Source: Pirellulales bacterium (GTDB lineage: Bacteria > Planctomycetota > Planctomycetia > Pirellulales > UBA1268). Taken from it: a stretch of DNA of 54,962 nucleotides. The stretch spans positions 1 to 54,962 of the forward strand of contig JBDQOY010000146.1 of assembly GCA_040260935.1 (NCBI GenBank), given 5' to 3'. The position numbers and the translations under genes are program-made. Position 1 is the first letter of the stretch, and each line of letters starts with the position of its first letter. The notes under the pieces are model-generated. The model was not told where the DNA came from and ran no database searches. It saw nothing but the letters and a program-made list of their open reading frames with translations. Positions 9,600 through 19,034 of the stretch are shown here, in pieces.

Positions 9600-10208
9600 T
9601 CAGGCAGCAGCCCGGTGGTCCTGAATGGTCGGGGCCAGGGGGAGCGTCTCGGCAGTCTCGCAGTCAGCATCCTGGCCGGATTGGTCACCGGCATCGCGGG
9701 CGAGACACTCCAGTTCTCGCCCGATCGCATGCCGCCAGGGCAGGCCGCTGTCGCTGCGGGCCAAGGTGTCGAGTGCCTGTTTGGCTTCTGTGAACCGTCC
9801 CGCCCGCCGCAGGAGGGTGCCGAGGAGCAGCTGGGCCTCACCGTCGGTCGGCGCGAGCGTCAGCAGGGTCTGGAGCTTGGTCTCCGCGGCGAGCCAGTCA
9901 CGCGCGAGATAGGCATCGCGGGCTGCAGTGAAGAGCTGATCGGTGGCGGCATCCCGGCGACTGGTCAACGGGGGTGGAAATGCCGACAGGGCTGAGACCG
10001 TGGCAATGAGCCAGATGGCCACCACGGCGGTCCAGACACCGAGGGTGACCTGCAGGTCGACAAACTCTGTCCAGATCCAGGTGCTAGTGATCGCCATGTC
10101 GAGGCAGATCGCGAACGCGACCGCCAGCACGAGCCCGGCGCGGCTGCCACGGAGCCAGACCCAGGGCAGGCCCGGCCAGAACAGGGTCAGGGAACGGAGG
10201 AACGACAC
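9600..10208 (-). CDS. Membrane protein with a C-terminal TPR-like region
   Basis: Hydrophobic segments (GLVLAVAFAICLDMAI, LGVWTAVVAIWLIATVSAL) are followed by a TPR-like stretch (AYLARDWLAAETKLQTLLTLAPTDGEAQLLLGTLLRRAGRFTEAKQAL). The tracked ORF extends to 10454 but would then overlap the thiE start. The GTG at 10208 was chosen as start and is uncertain. Confidence 0.5.
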   Translation of the reverse strand: MSFLRSLTLFWPGLPWVWLRGSRAGLVLAVAFAICLDMAITSTWIWTEFVDLQVTLGVWTAVVAIWLIATVSALSAFPPPLTSRRDAATDQLFTAARDAYLARDWLAAETKLQTLLTLAPTDGEAQLLLGTLLRRAGRFTEAKQALDTLARSDSGLPWRHAIGRELECLARDAGDQSGQDADCETAETLPLAPTIQDHRAAA

Positions 10209-10335
10209 GGTGACCGGCCTCGGCTGGCGTCTGGAAACAGGCTTCTGAAAACGGGGGTTGCCGAGCCGAGAGTCTAGGGAGCCGCTAGACTCAGACCAAT
10301 GGCGATGGCGGCCCAAAAATGGGAGTCTGCTCACA

Positions 10336-11445
10336 ATGGAAAACAGCAGTCTGGAGCAAACTGGCGAATCCACGGGAGTCTGGCGAACGCTTGACGCCTC
10401 CGCAAACCGCTGCGCCGAGGCTCTTCGCGTGCTGGAGGATGCCCTGCGGTTCATCCTTGATGATGCCCACCTGGCTCACGCCCTGAAAGCTGTCCGCCAT
10501 GATCTGGCGGTGCTTTTGAGCCGGGGCGCACTGCGGCTGCGGCTGCGGCTGCGGGATGTTCCCGGGGATGTCGGTGCCGGGGTGGACGCTCCGCGGACCC
10601 CGCCGCGAACCGATCTGGCCAGCCTCCTGGCTGCCAACTCGGCCCGGGGCAGCCAGGCACTGCGGTCCCTCGAAGAGTGCAGCCGACTGGTGGAGCCCGC
10701 CGCCACGCCAGGCTTTGAGGCGTTGCGGTACCGGCTCTATACGCTGGAGCGGGCGGCCCTGAACGCTGTTGCCAGTCGCGAACGGCTCGCCGACCGGCGG
10801 CTCTGTGTGCTGATCGACACGGGCAGCTCGGCTGACGCGTTTGCTCACCTGCTCGCCGAACTGCTCGCTGCCGGCGTTGGCGCGGTGCAACTGCGGGACA
10901 AGGCAGCCGACCTGCCGCTCTTGTCGCAGCGAGCAGCCGTGGCAGTTGCCCAGACCCGCCGCCACGCAGAAGAAACCGGTCAGCCCCGGTGCCTGGTGAT
11001 TGTCAATGACCGGGTCGATGTTGCGGTGGCGGCTGGGGCTGATGGTGTGCATCTGGGTGCGACTGACCTGCCGGTCCCCCAGGCGCGACGCGTGGCTGGA
11101 CCACAGCTGCTCATTGGGCGGACGGCGCACGGTATCGAGGAGGCCCACCAGGCGGTGCTCGCAGGGGCTGATTACCTTGGCGTGGGGCCCTGCTTTCCAT
11201 CGGGGACCAAAGCGTTCACGGCGTTTGCGTCCGAGTCCTTTCTGCAGGAGGTGGCCAGCACGATCAGTCTGCCTGCCTTCGCGATTGGTGGCGTGACTGC
11301 TGACCGCCTGCCGGCACTCACGCGGCTCGGGCTGACGCGGGTGGCAGTGGCCCAGGCAGTGACGGCGGCAGCAGATGTGGCCGCCGCCGTCCGGCAACTC
11401 AGTCAGCAGTTGGCGTCGGGGGCGCCCACGGCGGCATCTGTTTGA
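10336..11445 (+). CDS. thiE: Thiamine-phosphate synthase with an N-terminal ThiD2-like extension
   Basis: The C-terminal half is ThiE-like (LCVLIDT..., VQLRDK, IVNDRVDVAVAAGADGVHLG, GVGPCFPSGTK, AIGG). The N-terminal roughly 150 aa (WRTLDASANRCAEALRVLEDALRF) resembles the domain found fused to ThiE in some lineages. The ATG at 10336 was chosen as start. Confidence 0.8.
   Translation: MENSSLEQTGESTGVWRTLDASANRCAEALRVLEDALRFILDDAHLAHALKAVRHDLAVLLSRGALRLRLRLRDVPGDVGAGVDAPRTPPRTDLASLLAANSARGSQALRSLEECSRLVEPAATPGFEALRYRLYTLERAALNAVASRERLADRRLCVLIDTGSSADAFAHLLAELLAAGVGAVQLRDKAADLPLLSQRAAVAVAQTRRHAEETGQPRCLVIVNDRVDVAVAAGADGVHLGATDLPVPQARRVAGPQLLIGRTAHGIEEAHQAVLAGADYLGVGPCFPSGTKAFTAFASESFLQEVASTISLPAFAIGGVTADRLPALTRLGLTRVAVAQAVTAAADVAAAVRQLSQQLASGAPTAASV
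10531..10554 (+). repeat. Hexanucleotide tandem repeat (ctgcgg)x4 inside thiE
   Basis: Read directly as ctgcggctgcggctgcggctgcgg, encoding LRLRLRLR in the N-terminal extension of ThiE. Confidence 0.9.
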
Positions 11446-11995
11446 GAGCCGCAGCCACCGCCTGGGCCATCTCGGTCTCGACTTCTGGCGAGTAGCCCCG
11501 CCAGACGGCCAGTAGCCGGCCATCGGGCCCAATCAGGTAACTCGTCGGAAAGGCATTGAAGCCGAGCTGGTCCGCGAAGGCCTGTCGGGTCTGTCCCGAG
11601 GGGTCGGCCCAGGTGTTCAACGCAAGATTTTTCGCAGCGAGAAATGCGGTTGTTTCTTGCCGGAGGCTGGTGAGGTCATCCGGCCCGCCGCCTCCGCAGG
11701 AGACCGCAATGAGCTGAAACCGCGGCTCCTCTGCCAGGCGTGTCGCCAGCCGAACGAGACCTGGGAGCTCGCGGCGACACGGGGGACACCAGGTTCCCCA
11801 AAAGTTGAGGAGTGTCAGTTGGCCGGTCACCTGCGGTGCTGGGGCAACGCCATCCAGCGCAACCACGTCGAGGGCCGGCACCGTTCGGCCACGCAGGTGG
11901 CCGGTCATCGGGTTCCCCGGCGGCTCACAGCCGAGCAGGCAGAGCAGCGTGACGGCCAGGGGAAACAGGCAAGCGGAGCGGAGAGCGGGTAGCAT
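11399..11995 (-). CDS. TlpA-like thiol-disulfide oxidoreductase (thioredoxin fold), probable lipoprotein
   Basis: It has the redox motif LLNFWGTWCPPCRRELP and a signal/lipobox-like N-terminus MLPALRSACLFPLAVTLLCLLGCE, from the internal ATG at 11995. The 3' end overlaps the convergent thiE by 47 nt. Confidence 0.8.
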   Translation of the reverse strand: MLPALRSACLFPLAVTLLCLLGCEPPGNPMTGHLRGRTVPALDVVALDGVAPAPQVTGQLTLLNFWGTWCPPCRRELPGLVRLATRLAEEPRFQLIAVSCGGGGPDDLTSLRQETTAFLAAKNLALNTWADPSGQTRQAFADQLGFNAFPTSYLIGPDGRLLAVWRGYSPEVETEMAQAVAAALKQMPPWAPPTPTAD

Positions 11996-12066
11996 GAGCG
12001 ACAGACAGCCTTTCGGTTCCTCACCGGGTGGCTCGAGCGAGACCACGCGATGCGGGAGAAGCACAA

Positions 12067-12639
12067 GTGTACGAAGTTGAACTGAAATTTCCGGTGACGG
12101 AGATCGAGCCGCTGATTGCCCGGCTGACGGGACTGGCGACGCGGTTCCGGGATCCCCTTCAGCAGGTCGATCGCTACTTTGCCCATCCCGTGCGGAACTT
12201 TGCCAAGACCGACGAGGCCCTGCGGTTGCGGCAGGTGGGCGCCGAGGTGGCTGTCACCTGGAAGGGCCCCCGAGTCGACGCGGCTGCGAAAATCCGCCGG
12301 GAGATTGAACTGGGGGTCATGCCCTCTGGGCCAACCGGGCAGGCAACGGTTGCGGCCTGGACAGAACTGCTGGAGGCACTCGGCTTCCGTCAGGTGTTGG
12401 AGGTGGCCAAGACCCGCCGGCCGGCTCGGGTGCTCTGGCATGGCAGCGAGGTCGAGGTGGCACTTGACGAGGTAGACGGCCTCGGTTCGTTCGCTGAGTT
12501 CGAGATTGTCGCTCGCGAAGGCGAGGTGCCTTTGGCCCGTGACTGTGTCGAGTCGTTGGCCCGCGAGGTGGGGCTGGAAACACCTGAGCCAGCCAGTTAC
12601 CTCGAACTGTTGCTGCGGCAGCAGGTGCCGCCGCGGTAG
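12067..12639 (+). CDS. CYTH-domain protein (class IV adenylate cyclase / CyaB-like)
   Basis: It has the N-terminal signature YEVELKFPV, then EALRLRQVG...VTWKGP and EVALDEVDGLGSFAEFEI. A GTG start at 12067 gives the usual ExExK N-terminus. The tracked ORF begins at 12028. Confidence 0.75.
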   Translation: MYEVELKFPVTEIEPLIARLTGLATRFRDPLQQVDRYFAHPVRNFAKTDEALRLRQVGAEVAVTWKGPRVDAAAKIRREIELGVMPSGPTGQATVAAWTELLEALGFRQVLEVAKTRRPARVLWHGSEVEVALDEVDGLGSFAEFEIVAREGEVPLARDCVESLAREVGLETPEPASYLELLLRQQVPPR

Positions 12640-12659
12640 GCCGCCTGGTGGCAGCGGGA

Positions 12660-13031
12660 TCAGCCGACAAGCGGACCGCTTTCCCGAATCACCTGGTTCG
12701 CTTCATCGAGGAGCAGGACCGCCGGCTCTGCAGCATCGGCTTCAACCGGCGTGTACCAGCCGAAGGACATGATCGTGAGGCGATCGCCGATTGTTCCCAG
12801 ATGAGCGGTAGCGCCGTTGAGTTCAATCACACCACTGCCAGCCGGTCCGTAGATGCAGTAGGTCTCGAATCGTTCACCATTGGCGAGATTCCCGACTAGG
12901 ATCCGCTCATAGGCACGCAGGCCGACCCGCTCAGCCAGATCGCGGGCAATGGTCAGGCTTCCTTCGTAGTCGACCGATGCTCCGGTGACGCAGGCACGAT
13001 GGATCTTGGACTTGAGCAGACAGGATGTCAT
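12660..13031 (-). CDS. panD: Aspartate 1-decarboxylase
   Basis: LKSKIHRACVTGASVDYEGSLTIARDL...ERILVGNLANGERFETY includes the self-processing G-S site. The length of 123 aa is typical. Confidence 0.93.
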   Translation of the reverse strand: MTSCLLKSKIHRACVTGASVDYEGSLTIARDLAERVGLRAYERILVGNLANGERFETYCIYGPAGSGVIELNGATAHLGTIGDRLTIMSFGWYTPVEADAAEPAVLLLDEANQVIRESGPLVG

Positions 13032-14266
13032 GGGCGATTAGGAGCAGGCGGAAGGGGACGGGAAAACAGAATACAGACTGGAGTGGGAACCTGAAGGGCC
13101 TCACCGTCAAACGAGAGTCTGCCTGTTGTCGGATCGAGTGTGAAGGCGGTGACGGTGTGTGAGGTCTGGCCCGCGGCGAACAACCGTGTGCCGTCTGGGG
13201 TGAGGGCAAAGTGTCGAGGCGTCTGGCAGCGAGTTGGCTCGACGCCCTTGAGCGTGAGTCTTCCGCTGGTTTCGTCGATGCCAAAAATCGCCAGGGAGTC
13301 GTGCCCGCGGTTGGAGACGTAAAGCAGCCGGCCGTTGGGGTGGATGGCGATCTCAGCTGTGGAAAAGCCGTGCCGATCGGTCACCGAATCAGGCAGGGTG
13401 GAGATGGTCTGGATGGCCGCCAGCCGTCCGGCTCCGGGATCGAACTGAAAGGCAGTGACCGTCATCGTCAGTTCGTTATTGGCATAGCCGAAGGGGCGAC
13501 TGGGGTGAAGGACGAAGTGCCGGGGGCCACCGCCGGGCTGGGTGGCGGCATCGCTCTGCAGGGAGAGGGTGGCCGCTTCGACATTGAGTGCATGCACGAA
13601 CACCCGGTCGGCTCCGAGATCGCAACTGACTGCGAAGCGGCCATCAGGGGTGGGGTCGATTGAGTGGCCGTGGGGTGTTTGCTGCCGGCTCTTGTTGGGG
13701 CCATTGCCGCCGTGCTGGAGGAAACCACCGGGCGCGTCACTGCTGGTCGGAACGATCGGCTTCAGACTGCCATCGGCTTCCAGGCCGAGGCAGATGGTGC
13801 TGCCACTGCCGTAGTTAGCAGCCAGCAGGACACGACCGGACGGATCCACCGAGAGATGGCACGGCCCCCTGCCATCTGACGGCTGCACGCTCTGTTTGGT
13901 GAGATGGCCTGTTTCTTCGTCGATCGTGAAACTGGTGATTCCTCCTGTTGGCTGGCCATTGAGATTGGCGATTTCAGAGACGGCATAGAGCACGGGAAGG
14001 GTGGGGTGCAGCGCAAGGAAGGAAGGGTTCGTGACCGTGCCCGCGGATGAGACCGGGCCAAAACGGCCAGTCGTCTCGTCGTACCGCGCCACAGAAATTC
14101 CGTCGCCGCGCGGAGGCTTGCCGGTGTAACAGCCAAACCAGACAAACCGTTCAGCTGCGCTCGCTGAACCGCCCAGCAGCAGCGTCAGGCCGATGGCCAG
14201 CAGCCAGAGCCGATAGCCGGCACTGGGACGTAGCGACTGCTGGCGTGAGGGAACGGGGGTGTTCAT
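13028..14266 (-). CDS. Secreted lactonase-family 7-bladed beta-propeller protein (6-phosphogluconolactonase-like)
   Basis: It has a signal peptide (RLWLLAIGLTLLLGGSASAAE) and then FVWFGCYTGKPP..GISVARYDETTGRFGPV...NPSFLALHPTLPVLYAVSE, typical of the lactonase propeller family. The start was set at the internal ATG at 14266. The stop overlaps the panD start. Confidence 0.75.
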   Translation of the reverse strand: MNTPVPSRQQSLRPSAGYRLWLLAIGLTLLLGGSASAAERFVWFGCYTGKPPRGDGISVARYDETTGRFGPVSSAGTVTNPSFLALHPTLPVLYAVSEIANLNGQPTGGITSFTIDEETGHLTKQSVQPSDGRGPCHLSVDPSGRVLLAANYGSGSTICLGLEADGSLKPIVPTSSDAPGGFLQHGGNGPNKSRQQTPHGHSIDPTPDGRFAVSCDLGADRVFVHALNVEAATLSLQSDAATQPGGGPRHFVLHPSRPFGYANNELTMTVTAFQFDPGAGRLAAIQTISTLPDSVTDRHGFSTAEIAIHPNGRLLYVSNRGHDSLAIFGIDETSGRLTLKGVEPTRCQTPRHFALTPDGTRLFAAGQTSHTVTAFTLDPTTGRLSFDGEALQVPTPVCILFSRPLPPAPNRP

Positions 14267-14487
14267 CTGGATGACAGGCCCAACAGCAGGCCCTAAAAGG
14301 ACTAGGATACGCGGGTGGCTGGATGCGGTGCCCCTTTGAGCCGTGCGACCAGCAAGCCTGTAGTGTACCTCGTTTTTTCGGGACTGCTTTCCCTGTGCCT
14401 CGCCCGCTTTTGCCTCGTCTCTGGTCTCGCACACCCTCGCCCCGGCCTCTGGACTTGCCGGACAACTCGACCGGGCCGACGGGAGGA

Positions 14488-15753
14488 ATGGCAGCCAACG
14501 AGCCGCGGAATCTTGCCTGTCTGGTGGCGTACCAGGTGACCAGCCGGATCGGCTGGATTTTCAAGACCGAGACGGTGATCATGCCGGCGGTGCTTGATGC
14601 CTGCATCGATTCGGGCCTGTTGCGGGGCCTGCTGCCGGTGCTCAACCGAGCGGGGCACAGTCTGGTGCCGCTGCTGGTGGCACCGGCCGTGGCCCGGTCC
14701 CGCTCGCTCCGCTGGCTACTGATGGGAACAACCACAGGGCTGGCTGGTTGCTTCGGGCTGTTGGCGGTCGCCTGGGCGAACTGGGCGGTCGACCGACCGG
14801 CCGTGATGGCAGGTGTCTTTCTTGTGCTCTATACGCTCTTCTCAGCGATCAACGGGGGCAATCAGCTGATTGTTGCCGCCCTGCAGGGACGGCTGATTGC
14901 TGCCGGTCATCGCGGCCGGGTGCTGCTGCTCAGTGTGACGATTGGCAGTGTGCTGGCGATCACTGTGGCGATCTTTGCGTTGGGGCCGTGGCTCCAGCAG
15001 GTCGACGGCTTTGCCAGCATCTTTGCCGCGACGGCTGCCTTCTTTCTGCTGGCAGCCGTCGTGCCGGTCTGGTTCGTGGAGCCAGCGATTCCAGCAGGGC
15101 CCGTTTCCACTCAGCATGTGCCGACAGGTAGTCGTGACGGTTGGGCAGTCTGTCGTGACCCCGCCCTGCTGCGGCTGGCAGCTGTTGCTGCCTGCTTTTC
15201 TGCTGTGCTGATGCTCTTTCCGCATTACCAAGCGTTTGCCCGTGAACGTTTTGGGACGGGCAGCGGGAGTCTGCTGACCTGGGTCATTGTGCAGAACGTT
15301 GCGACAGGGTTGGCGAGTCTTGTCGTCGGTCCAGTCGCCGATCGGCGGGGGAACCGGATTGTGCTCATTGGCCTGGTCGGGCTCTGCGTGGTGACGCCGC
15401 TCGGGGTGACCGGGCTGGCTCTGCTGAATGCCCACGCGGCTGCCAACTGGTTCTGGGTCGTCTATCTGCCGCTGGGACTCAACCCGATTCTTCTACGGAT
15501 CATCAGTAACTATGCCTTGGAGCTGGCAGAAGACATCGTCCACCAGCCGCGGTATGTCAGCCTGGTCGGTCTGGCGTTGGCTGTGCCGTTTCTCTTGTCA
15601 CCCCTGATCGGTTGGGGCATTGATCAGGTGGGCGCGGAGCCGATCTTTCTGGCTGGCGCTGGGGTGATCGCTACGGGAACCGTGCTTGCCTGCGGCCTGC
15701 CGGAACCACGGGGGCGTGCTGCAGACGGTCGCGTCAGCGAAACTGGGCTGTGA
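14488..15753 (+). CDS. MFS-type transporter
   Basis: It has about 12 hydrophobic segments and an MFS motif-A-like loop (GPVADRRGNR). The start was set at the ATG at 14488 (MAANEPRN...). Confidence 0.65.
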   Translation: MAANEPRNLACLVAYQVTSRIGWIFKTETVIMPAVLDACIDSGLLRGLLPVLNRAGHSLVPLLVAPAVARSRSLRWLLMGTTTGLAGCFGLLAVAWANWAVDRPAVMAGVFLVLYTLFSAINGGNQLIVAALQGRLIAAGHRGRVLLLSVTIGSVLAITVAIFALGPWLQQVDGFASIFAATAAFFLLAAVVPVWFVEPAIPAGPVSTQHVPTGSRDGWAVCRDPALLRLAAVAACFSAVLMLFPHYQAFARERFGTGSGSLLTWVIVQNVATGLASLVVGPVADRRGNRIVLIGLVGLCVVTPLGVTGLALLNAHAAANWFWVVYLPLGLNPILLRIISNYALELAEDIVHQPRYVSLVGLALAVPFLLSPLIGWGIDQVGAEPIFLAGAGVIATGTVLACGLPEPRGRAADGRVSETGL

Positions 15754-15813
15754 GCCGGCGGCATGACGTGGAATACTTCGGCAGGGCTGTGTGGCCCCCT
15801 GCGGAGTGTTGTT

Positions 15814-17067
15814 ATGCGCGTCTTTCTCTCAGCCGGTGAACCGTCAGGGGATCACCATGCCGCGCTCCTCTGCAAAGCGATTCAAGCACGCTGCCCAGAG
15901 GCTATCTGCGTTGGACTTGGTGGCCCCGAGATGGCCCGGGCTGGCTGTACGCTCGTCGCCGACATGACGCAGCTGGCAGTGATGTGGTTCCTGCGGGTGC
16001 TGCTGAACATTCATCGGTTCGTCGATCTAGCCAGACGGGCAGAGCGAAGTTTTCTCGATGAGCGGCCCGATATCTGTGTGCTCGTCGACTTTCCTGGCTT
16101 TCACTGGTGGCTTGCCTGGCGGGCCAAACGGCATGGCATTCCAGTGGTCTTCTACTGTCCACCGCAGATTTGGGCATGGGCCAGTTGGCGGATTCGTAAA
16201 ATGCGACGGCTGGTCGATCATGTGCTGTCAGCCCTGCCGTTTGAGCATGACTGGTTTGTCGACCAGGGGATGACCAGCACGCTGGTGGGACATCCCTTCT
16301 TTGATGAGCAGCCCGATCGGCCACCGGTCGAGCCCGGGGCGACTGATACACCCCTGGTGGTGCTGCTACCCGGTTCGCGGGGGCAAGAGATCGAGGCTAA
16401 TCTCAGCATCCTCGTGCGGGCTGCCCGTGAGATTGAACGGCAGGTGCCGGCCGCCCGCTTCGTGGTGGCGGCGTTGCATCGACGGCATGCTGACGGCATC
16501 GAGGCAGAACTAGCTGGGGCGTTGGCCGGCCGTGGTCCGCGGCAGTTGGTGGTGGCAGCGGGACAGACGGCTTCTCTGATTCCACAGGCTGCCGCAGCCA
16601 TGTCGGTGAGTGGCTCGGTGTCGCTGGAGTTGCTGGCTGCCCGGGTGCCGACGGTGATCGTCTATTCCATCAGCCCGTTTGCCTACGTGGTGCAGAGTTG
16701 GCTGCGTCACACTCGGGCATTTACTTTGGTCAATCTGTTGGCGATTCCCGATCCGATCGGACCGCTTCAGCCGGTCTGGTGGCCGCCGCAGACCTTGGCG
16801 GCAGCCGATCCAGCCATGCTATTCCCGGAATATCTCGCCGTGCAGGATCCGGCCGCGACTGCGGCAGGGCATGTGACCCAGTGGCTGACCGATCCCCGGG
16901 TTCGGCAGCAGACCATTGCCAAGCTCGAGACGCTGGCCGCCGAGGTGGCCCAGCCTGGCTCAGCAACCAAAGCCGCTGCAGCCGTGCTCGCGATTGCGGC
17001 GGGGGAACGGCCGGAGGTGGTGGCCGAAGCAGTCGCTGGGGAGCGGACGGGTGAGTCTGCCGCATGA
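15814..17067 (+). CDS. lpxB: Lipid-A-disaccharide synthase
   Basis: The N-terminus MRVFLSAGEPSGDHHAALL matches LpxB, and the glycosyltransferase-B architecture includes LLPGSRGQEI. The ATG at 15814 was chosen as start. Confidence 0.88.
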   Translation: MRVFLSAGEPSGDHHAALLCKAIQARCPEAICVGLGGPEMARAGCTLVADMTQLAVMWFLRVLLNIHRFVDLARRAERSFLDERPDICVLVDFPGFHWWLAWRAKRHGIPVVFYCPPQIWAWASWRIRKMRRLVDHVLSALPFEHDWFVDQGMTSTLVGHPFFDEQPDRPPVEPGATDTPLVVLLPGSRGQEIEANLSILVRAAREIERQVPAARFVVAALHRRHADGIEAELAGALAGRGPRQLVVAAGQTASLIPQAAAAMSVSGSVSLELLAARVPTVIVYSISPFAYVVQSWLRHTRAFTLVNLLAIPDPIGPLQPVWWPPQTLAAADPAMLFPEYLAVQDPAATAAGHVTQWLTDPRVRQQTIAKLETLAAEVAQPGSATKAAAAVLAIAAGERPEVVAEAVAGERTGESAA

Positions 17068-17324
17068 GGATGGCCGCAGGTCATTGGAAGGCCAGGCGAT
17101 GCGAGGTTTACCAGCACAACGTATAGCGTGCCGAAACTGTCTGCCGATGGATCCGAGGATCTGCGGATTGGGCAGCTGTTCGGCCCCTCAGCGGAAGCAA
17201 CAGCACAGTGAGTCTTCTGGCACCTGCGGGTGCAGCCCGGTGTTTTGACGAAGGTCAGGCTTCAGGTAGGGGCGTGACAAAGCCTGTCCCTTCGCGGCAC
17301 GGTCTGCGTCGTGGCCCTTCGCAA

Positions 17325-18404
17325 TCACCCAGCCAAATCGCCTTGTCGACTGGGATATCTGCCCTTCCACGCCCAGCCAAATGTTTGACCCCACCGACAC
17401 AGTAGTCTTCGGGCCCAGAGGACATCGCTGTTGTTGGCAAACGAGAGTACGCCAAGAGCCATTATCCACTCGAAGAAGTTCAGGTGCATTGTCCATTCAA
17501 TTCCAAGGTGTAAGCCGAGGGCAGTCAGGATGGCCATGCGACGTGTTTCCTTAATCCATACTCCAATTGGGATAAAAAGTTCAGCAGCGACAACTGACCA
17601 CGTCATGAGTCGAATGGCCGGGAGGTTGAATAGCAGCCATTCGGGGAAATAAAACTTTCCAAACACGTCGTCAAGTCGAGAGACGTAATAAAGTGCCGTG
17701 CCGTCGAGCCAGGCCGTTCCGTTTAATTTGCAAAGCACAGTCGAAAGATAAATGAGCGTAGTTTCGATTTGGATCAGTCGGAATGCCCAGGCTTTTCGTG
17801 GAGAGAGTGCCGGGGGAACGCCTTGTTTCCGGCGTTGGAAAAAGGCGTCAATCGACCATGCACACCCACAGGGCGTGAGCGCAAGGAAAAATGCGAACAG
17901 CCTGAATACAGTGTCTTCACCATCCCAGATAAGAGGGTTGCGGTGCTGGAAGGAGCAAAGCCAGAAAAAAACGGCTGCAGCCTGGAATCGCGAGAAAAAT
18001 CCTACCCCAAGGAAGAGGATGTGGACGAGCAGAAGTGCGTAGCAGGTGGAGGCAACGGTAGGCGTGTTGGGTAGGAATTGAAAGATCGTAAGCGTGTCTT
18101 CGTCATAGCATTGTCGCGAGGCTGTCAGTGGAAAGCGGCCCGCATCGCTGAAATAGTCGGCGACAAAGGGAAGCCAAGGCAGCACCATAAGGAGCAACAA
18201 GACGCTGAAAGCTATTCGGAAGAAAGCTGTTCGCCTTGGGTCTATTGATTCAAATAGAAAAGCGTGATATTCCCGCCACGCTGAGGCGAGGCTGAGTTGG
18301 GGGAGGGCTTTCCGTGGTTGTTCATCACGGAGAGGTCGGTTGGGAGTTACGGATTTGGTCAAAACCATTCTCCGTAGAGGTACTCTGTTGCGTAATTGAG
18401 CCAA
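17325..18404 (-). CDS. HTTM-domain membrane protein (vitamin K-dependent gamma-carboxylase-like transmembrane domain)
   Basis: It is a multi-TM protein with HTTM-like blocks (RTAFFRIAFSVLLLLMVLPWLP..., FRLFAFFLALTPCGCAWSIDAFF). GC is visibly lower than in the flanks. An alternative start at 18368 (MVLTKS) overlaps the upstream stop by 10 nt. Confidence 0.7.
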   Translation of the reverse strand: MAQLRNRVPLRRMVLTKSVTPNRPLRDEQPRKALPQLSLASAWREYHAFLFESIDPRRTAFFRIAFSVLLLLMVLPWLPFVADYFSDAGRFPLTASRQCYDEDTLTIFQFLPNTPTVASTCYALLLVHILFLGVGFFSRFQAAAVFFWLCSFQHRNPLIWDGEDTVFRLFAFFLALTPCGCAWSIDAFFQRRKQGVPPALSPRKAWAFRLIQIETTLIYLSTVLCKLNGTAWLDGTALYYVSRLDDVFGKFYFPEWLLFNLPAIRLMTWSVVAAELFIPIGVWIKETRRMAILTALGLHLGIEWTMHLNFFEWIMALGVLSFANNSDVLWARRLLCRWGQTFGWAWKGRYPSRQGDLAG

Positions 18405-18970
18405 TCGCCTTGTAGGGGAAGCATCTTGTCTTGTTGGGGGGGCGGGATGTCAAAGATATCCCGTGTTATCTGTATGCAAACGGGGCTCGCGTTGTTGTCG
18501 GAAAGTGGATTTGATTGTCTGACAATGTATTGTGCTAGGTACGGAAGGAGGGCGTCGTTTGAGCCGCTTGCTATGTTTTCGAAGTACTCACATTCACGAA
18601 AGAGAAAGGCTCGTTGCAGTGCGTTCATTTGCTGCCAGTTCGGGCTTGACCAATACGATTGGGAGCCATCACTAAACTGAACGGTCGCGTTGAGACGCGT
18701 GTTCCGTGAATCTGGTTCGGGTGAAAAAAGGGACCAAACTCCCTGCCACAGCCCCGTTCTGTCGAGGGTGGCGTCAAGGGCTGTTTGAGCCCGCTTGTGT
18801 GCCTCGCAAAATGGAGGCATTGAGTCGATAGTGAAGGCAATGCACAGCAAGAGGACGAAACACGCAATTGTGTTTGCTTTGAGCCGATCCGACAGGCTTG
18901 TGGGCGTGCGTTCTGGGTTGGAAAGGTGGGGTGGCTCAGCGTGGCGTGGTATTTTCTCGTTGACGTTCAT
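18359..18970 (-). CDS. Membrane-anchored hypothetical protein, HTTM partner (DUF5819-like)
   Basis: From the internal ATG at 18970 the protein reads MNVNEKIP...ANTIACFVLLLCIAFTIDS (single TM). An exported domain follows, containing GLWQGVWSLFSPEP...VQFSDGSQSYWSSPNW. It overlaps the HTTM gene start and shares its low GC. Confidence 0.55.
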   Translation of the reverse strand: MNVNEKIPRHAEPPHLSNPERTPTSLSDRLKANTIACFVLLLCIAFTIDSMPPFCEAHKRAQTALDATLDRTGLWQGVWSLFSPEPDSRNTRLNATVQFSDGSQSYWSSPNWQQMNALQRAFLFRECEYFENIASGSNDALLPYLAQYIVRQSNPLSDNNASPVCIQITRDIFDIPPPQQDKMLPLQGDWLNYATEYLYGEWF

Positions 18971-19034
18971 CAAGGAGCCTTCTCCTGAGGTGGTCTTGAA
19001 GGTGAGGGATGCCAATAAGAAAAAGCGAGCAGTG

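Noticed and set aside
10240-10335. Possible TPP riboswitch upstream of thiE (ggggttgcc...ccgagag...)
   Set aside because: The resemblance is only superficial. The invariant CUGAGA element and the ACCUGAUCUGGAUAAUGCCAGCG-type pyrophosphate-sensor helix are not present. A local hairpin gtctag-ggagccg-ctagac is all that is clearly seen.
11399-11445. 47-nt convergent overlap of the thiE and TlpA-like gene 3' ends
   Set aside because: This is probably genuine but unremarkable in compact genomes. The thiE C-terminal tail (SGAPTAASV) is low-information, so the exact ends do not support any special mechanism.
10291-11532. A 413-aa ORF antisense to thiE
   Set aside because: It is a shadow ORF opposite a well-supported gene, with low-complexity R/P/G-rich translation.
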